Shown here in pieces: positions 24,687-31,757 of a stretch of DNA of 37,456 nucleotides. Below the pieces are notes generated by a model. The model was not told the origin of the DNA, did no database searches, and saw only the letters and a list, made by a program, of their open reading frames with translations. This DNA comes from an uncultured virus (IMG/VR IMGVR_UViG_3300033074_000747) (taxonomy: Duplodnaviria > Heunggongvirae > Uroviricota > Caudoviricetes). A program made the translations under genes and the position numbers. The stretch is taken from the IMG/VR virus record IMGVR_UViG_3300033074_000747. One strand, given 5' to 3'. Within the stretch, counting starts at the first letter, position 1; the number at the start of each line of letters is the position of its first letter.

Positions 24687-25406
24687 TCACTCCAGTTCAG
24701 ATAGTGTTGACTCGGTCACTCCCGCCCTCTCCAGCCTCTCCCGCAGCTCTTGTTTCAGTCGAGATTGTACCTGCCGGACCCGCTCCTTCGATATGCCCAT
24801 CCTCTTCGCCAGCTCGGCCAAGGTCAACTCAGACAGGTATCGGCCGATCAGCACCGTCCTGGCCCGGCCCCGGAACGACATGATCACCTGGCGGACCCTC
24901 AACGCCAGTGCCTCCCTCGCCCGATCTTCGTCATCGGGGGTCTCCGGCTCGTAGGACAGCGACCCCAGAACCCCCTGAGATCTTCCGTCGTCCTCACGGT
25001 CTAGGCTGCCAACGTACTTAGCCCTCTCTATCTTCTGGGCTGTCGGGTCCATCGACCGCCGCCGGAGCGGCACCCTGATGATCCGGTGGACGGCGGCCTC
25101 TCGATCCGCTGACTGCCTGATCCACCATCCCGCGTAGCTAGTGAGCCTCACTCCCCGGCCCTCGTCGAACCTCTCCACGGCGATCATGAACCCCATGCGA
25201 CCCGCCTGCTCCAGGTCGTCCATCTCCGCCAGGGTCTTGATACGGAGCGAGCGCGACGAGATCTTGAAGATCAGCCCCCGGTGCATCCTCAGAAGTTCCT
25301 CCATCGCCCGGTTGGCGTCATCGGTCCTCCGGCCATCCGGCCCCTTGACCTTGGCCCGGCGGATGGCTTGAAGTTCCCTCTCTGCGACAGTCAGAGTCTT
25401 CTGCAT
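24687..25406 (-). CDS. sigma-70 family RNA polymerase sigma factor (239 aa)
   Basis: Region 2 DDLEQAG.MG...AVERFD..RG.RL.SYA.WWIRQ; region 3 SLD; region 4 HTH TLAELAKRMGISKERVRQ; AGGAGG RBS. Confidence 0.92.
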   Translation of the reverse strand: MQKTLTVAERELQAIRRAKVKGPDGRRTDDANRAMEELLRMHRGLIFKISSRSLRIKTLAEMDDLEQAGRMGFMIAVERFDEGRGVRLTSYAGWWIRQSADREAAVHRIIRVPLRRRSMDPTAQKIERAKYVGSLDREDDGRSQGVLGSLSYEPETPDDEDRAREALALRVRQVIMSFRGRARTVLIGRYLSELTLAELAKRMGISKERVRQVQSRLKQELRERLERAGVTESTLSELE

Positions 25407-25448
25407 GGTAACCTCCTGGAGAAGAGATTGGGATAATTACCTACCTTT

Positions 25449-25454
25449 AATATA
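25449..25454 (-). promoter_or_regulatory. candidate -10 element (TATATT) upstream of the sigma gene
   Basis: AT-rich gap; - strand ggTATATTaaaggtag resembles agTATAATaggtag at 545-558. Confidence 0.35.
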
Positions 25455-25473
25455 CCTTATTTTGGATCGTCAT

Positions 25474-25638
25474 TTACCGTCGCTTTCTTTTCTCGACCTG
25501 GCAGCATGGGCACCGCCACGACGTGAAGAGCCAGTGGATCAACCTTCCGTACCACGGCCATGACTGCTTCTGATCCATATGCCTCGCGACGGCCAATGCT
25601 TCACCGAACCACTCAGACATTTTGTCATTCTTTAACAT
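25474..25638 (-). CDS. 54-aa hypothetical peptide (not in ORF track)
   Basis: MLKNDKMSEWFGEALAVARHMDQKQSWPWYGRLIHWLFTSWRCPCCQVEKRKRR*; AAGG-type RBS. Confidence 0.45.
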   Translation of the reverse strand: MLKNDKMSEWFGEALAVARHMDQKQSWPWYGRLIHWLFTSWRCPCCQVEKRKRR

Positions 25639-25678
25639 CACTCGCTACCTTTCCTTTCTGCTTGACGGACTTGGCATG

Positions 25679-26503
25679 TCAAACCCTCCCATGTATCAGG
25701 TCTATTACCCAGCATCCACGAGCGTGGGGTCCGCCCCCTCGCAGGTGACCCAGAACTTCCTCGTTCGTGCAGCCAACATCCTCCAGGGCGTCGGTCAGGA
25801 TCGGCAGCTCCTCCCACCGCCGCTCGTCGTAGACTTTACCTGCGATGGCCTGGACGGTCGGGTCGTCGTAGAGGGGTAAGCGGTTATGAGACTTCCACGG
25901 GTTCCCGAAGATGCATCGGGCCAGGCCCACGGCCACCTCCTGGGAGAAGTCTGGGCGACCGTAGTCGTAGTCGTTGAGGAACATGTACGGCATTCGGGAG
26001 ACGGCCGGACCCCCGTCTGCTATCCGCCCATGCAGCTCGGTCTGAGCCCAGCCGCCAAGGTAGTTCAGGCTCCACGACTCGTCGTACTGCCGTATGGCCC
26101 GGCGGCAGGCGCAGGCGAATAGCACCAGCTGCCTGTCTGTAGCCACCCTTCGCCTCGGCTGGTTCGGAGCTAGGCCGGGGTTCGAGACCACTTGGATCAT
26201 TCGGCGTGGGTCGGCGCACTTCAGCCATCTCTCCTCGGTCATCGCGGGCCAGTCCCAGTAGCCCGTCATACCGTAAGCACCGCTGACGACATGCGCTACA
26301 GCGGATCGAAGGTGGCCGAGTCCCACGCTGTAGTGCATGCCGTCTGGGTTCGGAACGGACACGCTGACGTCCATCTTGCTCTGACCGTCGATGAACGACT
26401 GCCTTATCAACTTGGTGACCAGGTCCTCGGTATCCTCGTTGATCGGCAGGTTGAACTCCCACTCTCCAGGTAGGATCGGCAGAGGGTCGTTGCTGTTGGA
26501 CAT
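25679..26503 (-). CDS. Gemmata-type 'MTE..W...LFACAC...GNP...LPIL.DALE..GC...GPH.RGCW' family protein with N-terminal extension (274 aa)
   Basis: MTEERWL.CADP, RQLVLFACAC, IFGNPW, LPILTDALEDVGC, GPHARGCWVIDL; paralogous to 17374..18099. Confidence 0.85.
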   Translation of the reverse strand: MSNSNDPLPILPGEWEFNLPINEDTEDLVTKLIRQSFIDGQSKMDVSVSVPNPDGMHYSVGLGHLRSAVAHVVSGAYGMTGYWDWPAMTEERWLKCADPRRMIQVVSNPGLAPNQPRRRVATDRQLVLFACACRRAIRQYDESWSLNYLGGWAQTELHGRIADGGPAVSRMPYMFLNDYDYGRPDFSQEVAVGLARCIFGNPWKSHNRLPLYDDPTVQAIAGKVYDERRWEELPILTDALEDVGCTNEEVLGHLRGGGPHARGCWVIDLIHGRV

Positions 26504-26537
26504 GGCATCTCTCCGTGGGTGAAATCTCTATAGATCT

Positions 26538-26543
26538 ATTTTA
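26538..26543 (-). promoter_or_regulatory. candidate -10 element (TAAAAT)
   Basis: About 35 nt upstream of the ATG at 26503, in a long intergenic region; no canonical -35. Confidence 0.35.
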
Positions 26544-26666
26544 CCCCCGCCCTCCTTCGCGCCGGTTTTCTAGGGTATACTAGAGCGTAGTAGTCCAACT
26601 ACTAGCTCTTAAGTTGAGTAGGGGGAGGGTGCGTAGTAGTAGGTAGTAGTAGTAGTATTAATATAT

Positions 26667-26700
26667 AAGGGGACGCCAAAAATCAATTCGGCGTCCCCTT
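26667..26700 (-). terminator. hairpin after the tail operon (probable terminator or binding site)
   Basis: Perfect 11-bp IR AAGGGGACGCC / GGCGTCCCCTT with a 12-nt loop, followed on the - strand by an A/T run, 18 nt past the stop at 26719. Confidence 0.55.
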
Positions 26701-26718
26701 CTTCGTGCGCCTGTCTTC

Positions 26719-28389
26719 CTATCCCGCCGCCATCTTCCTCGCGTGGGCCAGCTTACCCTCGTAGACCTTTACCAGCTTGCTGAAGTGTGCCCGGTCGTTC
26801 GGGGTCTTCGCCTCGGCCATCCTTCGCCGGTCGTCTGCAATGGCACGGGTGATCGCCTCGACCTCCCGCCGCCAGTAGTCCCTTCCCTGGCCCGGCCGCT
26901 CGGGCAGTGCCGACAGCTCCTCCTTCAGCAGGGTCAGCGCGTCGAACTCCTCCCCTGGGAAGGAGGGGGACTGCGGGTGGGGCTTGTTCCCTATCGCGGA
27001 GATCCGGCCGGTGTGCTGGATCAGGGACGGGTGATGGATGTACTCCGACCATCCCGCCTTCTTCATCGAGTCGACCACCCCTCCGTCTATCCGCTTGTGC
27101 CCCTTATCCTTGTCGGTGGGGCGGCTCACCAGGTGCGCCCGACACTCGTCGCCGCCCGGTATCTCCGGTTGGTAGGTGAGGAGGGTCTGCACTGCGGCGA
27201 GGTCGAACACCAGGGCCACGGCCCCCTTGCCCCACTGGTTGGACGGGTGCCAGCCGTTCACCCTCTGGTTCCTCTCCTTCGGCACGATCTGGTGGTTGCT
27301 GGGAAACGTGTAGAGGTTGAGGTATCCCCGATCCGGATAGCCTGCCCGGTCCAGGTACGCTCTCAGGTTGAGGCAGGTGACGAGGTCGTCCTGGAACAGG
27401 GCATACCGATCCGCGTGGGGCCGCCGGATGTACAACTCGGCCAGGGCCAGCACCCAGTTCCCGTAGGCCCGCAGCCCGTACTTCTTGCCGTCGACCATCT
27501 GCGTGGGGTTGCGGTTCACCACCTCCAGTCCCAGCGAGTCCTCCCACTCGGCCGCTCCCCGATGGTCCAGGCCGTCCACGAACAGGACGGGGTTGGCGAA
27601 CCCTCCTCGCCTCAAGGACGTCAGGGTGCGCGGCAGCAGGTCTCCGCTTCGGCCTGGCACCGTAGTCACCCCGTAAGCCCACTCCAGCGCCAGTGGCTTG
27701 GGGTCCGGCGGAGCAGGTGCGGCCGGCAACGGGTCGAACCGGACGGACGGCCCATCCTCCCTCTCTTCTCCAGGAGGAAGGGGCGGCACCGGATAGAGGG
27801 TCACCTCGCGCCCGCCTATACGCGCCCGCGTAAGCGCTCCCGCGCTCGCGCCCACCCGAGCGTCCGTAGGAACAGGCTCGGAGGGTCTAGGGGATGCCGG
27901 AACCCCCTCCGTGGCCACCGGAGATGCCCCAGGCACAGCGATCTCTGCTACGATAAGGGTATCCCCCGGCCGATAGCCTGTGCACGGTATAGCGTTGCCT
28001 AGAGGCCCGCTCGTGCCCGCGCAGCAGGCTGCCCCGTCTACCTTGCGGGAGAGGGTGCAGTTGCCGTAGACCTTGCAGGTGTAGAGGGCCAGCCGGACCT
28101 TCGGCTTGCCACGATTGTCCCGGCCACAGTTGGGGCACTCGATCGACTCCCCGGTGGGTTCCCCCAGGTTGGCGCATCGGGACGTGTGTAGGGGGACGGC
28201 CTCCAGTCGGTCTGGCGGTAGTAGTATCATCTTCCTCCTCGTGGGGACCGCGTCGGTGGATCTCGCCCGGACGGCGGCAGCGCTGTGCTTCCGCCGGTGG
28301 GCCTTCACCCAGCAGATCCGGCACTGGTCCTGGGTGTACCTCTCGCCCCGACGATAGTTGTTACATCCGGAGCAGTTGGGTGCGTGCAT
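26719..28389 (-). CDS. Cys-rich N-terminal domain fused to a GT-A (GT25/GT2-like) glycosyltransferase domain (556 aa)
   Basis: About 12 Cys in the first ~140 aa; WAYGVTTVP.R, LF.DG, YALFQDD (acidic metal motif), PSLIQHTG..S.IG. Confidence 0.72.
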   Translation of the reverse strand: MHAPNCSGCNNYRRGERYTQDQCRICWVKAHRRKHSAAAVRARSTDAVPTRRKMILLPPDRLEAVPLHTSRCANLGEPTGESIECPNCGRDNRGKPKVRLALYTCKVYGNCTLSRKVDGAACCAGTSGPLGNAIPCTGYRPGDTLIVAEIAVPGASPVATEGVPASPRPSEPVPTDARVGASAGALTRARIGGREVTLYPVPPLPPGEEREDGPSVRFDPLPAAPAPPDPKPLALEWAYGVTTVPGRSGDLLPRTLTSLRRGGFANPVLFVDGLDHRGAAEWEDSLGLEVVNRNPTQMVDGKKYGLRAYGNWVLALAELYIRRPHADRYALFQDDLVTCLNLRAYLDRAGYPDRGYLNLYTFPSNHQIVPKERNQRVNGWHPSNQWGKGAVALVFDLAAVQTLLTYQPEIPGGDECRAHLVSRPTDKDKGHKRIDGGVVDSMKKAGWSEYIHHPSLIQHTGRISAIGNKPHPQSPSFPGEEFDALTLLKEELSALPERPGQGRDYWRREVEAITRAIADDRRRMAEAKTPNDRAHFSKLVKVYEGKLAHARKMAAG

Positions 28390-28402
28390 GGCTGGTCTCT
28401 GT

Positions 28403-28918
28403 CTAGGGTAGCGGCGGAGTGTAGTTGTTCCGGTTCTTGTTCGTCCACTCGTCCTCGTTCTTGCGGCACTTCTCCAGCAGTTCTCTCAGCTGGCCTTGGG
28501 TCATCCTTCGGGTACGCAAGAGGAACACCGAGTAGTCCTTCATGGCCTTGCGGTAGGCCGTCCAGTCCGGCGGACTGCTGGAGTGCATGTGCTTGATCGG
28601 GACGAGGAACAAGGTCTGGGCGCATTCGGCGGCCGGGGCGTCCTTCGGCAGCATGTCGATCCACGGCCACCTCCTCGGTCCGTTCTCCTCGACCCATCGG
28701 TCGGCAAACTCTCCCCACCACCCGCGCACGATCAGGCGGCAACGGTCTGAGATCTCCGGGTCAGCGTGGCCGTACGCTCGCGCGAGATGGTCCTGGGAGT
28801 AGGGCATGAGGCGGTAGAGGGCTGCCGTGCATCGCTCGCGCTTCGGGAACGACGACGACCCAGTGCCCCCGATCAGGGCGGGGACGGCCAGGGCTACGAT
28901 CAGTTCAACCTTCCACAT
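28403..28918 (-). CDS. hypothetical protein with hydrophobic N-terminus and HEAT-like segment (171 aa)
   Basis: GGAGG RBS + ATG 28918; S.SF.KRE..T..L.......L......DPEI..R pattern. Confidence 0.6.
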   Translation of the reverse strand: MWKVELIVALAVPALIGGTGSSSFPKRERCTAALYRLMPYSQDHLARAYGHADPEISDRCRLIVRGWWGEFADRWVEENGPRRWPWIDMLPKDAPAAECAQTLFLVPIKHMHSSSPPDWTAYRKAMKDYSVFLLRTRRMTQGQLRELLEKCRKNEDEWTNKNRNNYTPPLP

Positions 28919-28931
28919 GACCGACCTCCGA

Positions 28932-29363
28932 TCATTTGCAGGATAGGGCAATCTCCAGGGTCTCGATCAGCTCGGGATCGCCCATCACGATGAACGGCCC
29001 CCACCTGCGATGGGTCGGTAGAGGCACTTCGTCGAACGACAGGGCGGATCGAGAATCGTAGATCCAGACCACACCGTCCCAGGACTCGGGCCGATACCTG
29101 TCCAGCCTCGCTATGTTCTCGTGGGTGAGGGGACGGTCTGATATGTACGTGTCGATGGGGTTGAACTTCCTCCCGTCACCGAACCCGGAGTGGGACGCGT
29201 AGCCAGCGGACTCCAGGGTGGTGCGGATGTCGGTGACGCTGCGGTAGACACCCACCGGCGGAGACGGCCGCAGGACCGCCCAGCCCGCCACGGCGCAGAG
29301 CGTCAGACCCACCGTCGCGACGAGGGAACTCGTCAACATGTTCTTTCTGATGATCTCTAGCAT
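28932..29363 (-). CDS. membrane-anchored hypothetical protein (143 aa)
   Basis: GGAGG RBS + ATG 29363 overlapping the upstream stop; hydrophobic SSLVATVGLTLCAVAGWAVL. Confidence 0.6.
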   Translation of the reverse strand: MLEIIRKNMLTSSLVATVGLTLCAVAGWAVLRPSPPVGVYRSVTDIRTTLESAGYASHSGFGDGRKFNPIDTYISDRPLTHENIARLDRYRPESWDGVVWIYDSRSALSFDEVPLPTHRRWGPFIVMGDPELIETLEIALSCK

Positions 29364-30802
29364 GTTCCTTCCTCCACTACCCAGGTTAGAGTTACGGGAG
29401 CAACCGTGACGCCCAGCTGTAAGAATACGGTGCCAGGGCCTGCCGGAAGTGACAAGGTCGTGCACCCCTCTGCGGTGATGGTAGCTTCGGACACGGGAGC
29501 CCCGCAAGTCCCAGAGAATATAGTCAGACTGCCCCTTCCCGAAATATTACTGTCGGACACAGTTACTTTGAAGTCCGTCCCATCGGCGTAGTCCACTGAC
29601 CACCAATATGCGTTACCTATCGAGCCGGCAGTGTATACCACAGGTTGACCGAGCACCACATCACTAGCTACCGCACAGAACGCTCCAGGAACTACCTCTA
29701 TGGGGTCGGACGTTCCGGCCGTCCCCGGCTCCACGCCGAACGTGCCAGTGCCTGTGCCGGTCCCCTCGTCGCTCTCGTAGCAGGGGCAGAACCCGTACCA
29801 GTAGCCGCCGTAGTTGATGTAGAGCCGCTGGTCGTAGGAGTTGAAGTAGATGACCCCCTCGACATACTCGGTGAAGTTGTTGATGTAGGTGTAGTAGACG
29901 ACCGTGGTCTCGTTGCTGTAGAACGTGTACCAGGTGCCGTTGATGTTGATGTTAAGGGTGTCGTTGTTCTGGTTGTAGTAGATCGTGTTCTCGACGTACT
30001 CGGTGAACTCGTAGATGTCGCCGTAGTCGACGATGTTGTTCGTGATGGCCCCGTCGCAGTTGCCCTCGTTCCGGTCCAACGTCCAGGCCCCCTCGCTCTT
30101 ATTGAGGCATCCGCCGGCCACCCACATCAGGACCTCGCGGGTGTAGACGTTCAGGTCACCGTCCTCGCACAGCACCTGCTCCTGGGTGAGGGAGATCGGC
30201 GTGCAGTCGGCCTCGGCCGTGCCGGTGCCCGTCCCGTCCGGTACGACCTGGATCTTGGGGCAGTCGCCGCTCTCGTCCAGCTGGAGGCCTGTGCTGAGGA
30301 GGTTGTCGAAGTCGATCGACACCGTGGCCCCGTCCTGGGTCAGGCCGCAGCCGAACACCAGGTTCTCGTCGGTTCCCGTGCCGGTGTCCTCGCCCTCGAT
30401 CCCCTCGGACAGAGCCAGCCAGCTGCCCCACTTGTCCCTTGCCACGGGTATCCATCTCCGCCTGGGGATGGGGTCCGTGGTCAGGTTATAGACGCGGCGG
30501 TTCGCCTCGATGGTGAGGAGGTAGGGGGTGCCACCGTCGGGGTGGATGATGCGGTAGATGTCGAGAGTTGCGTATCCGGGGAAGTCGCCGCCTGGGTAGG
30601 TCCCCGTGCCTGTCCCGGTCTCCGGCTCCAGGGACGGGACGCCGTTGTCCCCGGTCCAGGCGATGTACACCTCGGGGGCCGGCGGCGGCTGGTCGTTAGT
30701 AGTGCGGGGGGTGCGAGGACGGATCGGAAGCCGATAGATCAGGTCCAGCGCCTCCTGGAGTATCCGTCTGTCCTTCTCCGAAAGCCACACGCTGTCTGCC
30801 AT
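29357..30802 (-). CDS. minor tail / fibre-like protein with GTGT linkers and a Tyr/Asn-rich tandem repeat (481 aa)
   Basis: Downstream of tape measure; very acidic; four GTGT motifs; FTEYVE..IY.N...D..L.IN..G.WY.F twice; beta-rich C-terminal domain. Confidence 0.7.
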   Translation of the reverse strand: MADSVWLSEKDRRILQEALDLIYRLPIRPRTPRTTNDQPPPAPEVYIAWTGDNGVPSLEPETGTGTGTYPGGDFPGYATLDIYRIIHPDGGTPYLLTIEANRRVYNLTTDPIPRRRWIPVARDKWGSWLALSEGIEGEDTGTGTDENLVFGCGLTQDGATVSIDFDNLLSTGLQLDESGDCPKIQVVPDGTGTGTAEADCTPISLTQEQVLCEDGDLNVYTREVLMWVAGGCLNKSEGAWTLDRNEGNCDGAITNNIVDYGDIYEFTEYVENTIYYNQNNDTLNININGTWYTFYSNETTVVYYTYINNFTEYVEGVIYFNSYDQRLYINYGGYWYGFCPCYESDEGTGTGTGTFGVEPGTAGTSDPIEVVPGAFCAVASDVVLGQPVVYTAGSIGNAYWWSVDYADGTDFKVTVSDSNISGRGSLTIFSGTCGAPVSEATITAEGCTTLSLPAGPGTVFLQLGVTVAPVTLTWVVEEGTC

Positions 30803-30817
30803 CGATCGGTCCTCTGG

Positions 30818-31264
30818 TCATTCGGGGAACACCGCCACGTCGTACCGCCCGCCCTCTACGCTGGCACGGATGCGGAGGTCGTCCAGTCTCGACCTGCGCA
30901 GGCGCAGGGACTGGCCCGGTGCCAGGCGGCCGATCTCGACGTAGAACGGGAGGATGCCCCCTACCGCGCTTACCTCGGCCGCCACCTCTAGTATAAGGCC
31001 CGGTGGGTTAGACGCGGCAGATTTCACGACAAGGGCGGCGGCTCGGGGCAGTCCGCCGGTATCGAGGGGGGTCCATTCGACGGGGATCTTGAGGTGCGAT
31101 CGCTGGTAGGGGTGCTCGCCGGAGTAGTCCTTGACCAGGTACTTGTTCTCCCAGACGATCGGCTGCTCCGCCACGTTGGGGCGAAAGCAGACCGTCTCCA
31201 GGACGACCGTGTGGGATCGGGACGGAATAGGAGGGGTAGGGTTAGGTCTTCTCAGTATGCTCAT
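30818..31264 (-). CDS. putative minor virion protein (148 aa)
   Basis: Tail-operon position; beta-rich; weak similarity to the adjacent 150-aa protein. Confidence 0.55.
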   Translation of the reverse strand: MSILRRPNPTPPIPSRSHTVVLETVCFRPNVAEQPIVWENKYLVKDYSGEHPYQRSHLKIPVEWTPLDTGGLPRAAALVVKSAASNPPGLILEVAAEVSAVGGILPFYVEIGRLAPGQSLRLRRSRLDDLRIRASVEGGRYDVAVFPE

Positions 31265-31294
31265 GGCTGGGGTCTCTCTTAAGGGTGGTGGGTG

Positions 31295-31747
31295 CTACTG
31301 CTCGAACGCCTCTACTGAGACGTTGGCCGTCGGTCCGTCCCCGGCCCCGACCGCCCGGAACCGCAGGGTGTTGAGGCTGTCCGAGACGGTCCCGGTGCCG
31401 GTGTCGCCGAACTCCTGGAACAGGTTGTCGCTGAGCTGGATTGCATACTCCTGGCCCGGACCCCACTTGAGTAATGGGTAGAATCGGTCCGTCTCCGGGT
31501 CCCAGGCCCCCATCTCCACCGTGTTCGTGGCGTCCAGGTTCTTCACCCAGCACCAGCCCGGCGCAGTGAGCTCGCTCAGGTCCACGTCCACCCCCAGCTC
31601 GTCTACCGAGAAGGCACCGGGGGTCGGCCCCTTCGTTCCGTCGACGTCGGCCTGGTACTGCGCCGAGTAGTTCTTGTTCATCAGGACCAGGCTGCCGCTC
31701 ACCTTGCGGATCGTCAGGCCTGATCGGATCGTCGCCTCGTTCGCCAT
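31295..31747 (-). CDS. putative minor virion protein (150 aa)
   Basis: MANE start, GAGGA RBS; acidic, beta-rich; one DTGTGT motif. Confidence 0.7.
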   Translation of the reverse strand: MANEATIRSGLTIRKVSGSLVLMNKNYSAQYQADVDGTKGPTPGAFSVDELGVDVDLSELTAPGWCWVKNLDATNTVEMGAWDPETDRFYPLLKWGPGQEYAIQLSDNLFQEFGDTGTGTVSDSLNTLRFRAVGAGDGPTANVSVEAFEQ

Positions 31748-31757
31748 CGTCGTATCC

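Noticed and set aside
29790..30010. Tyr/Asn-rich duplicated segment as a diversity-generating retroelement TR/VR pair
   Set aside because: Both copies are in frame within one gene, differences are not confined to adenines, and no reverse transcriptase is in the window.
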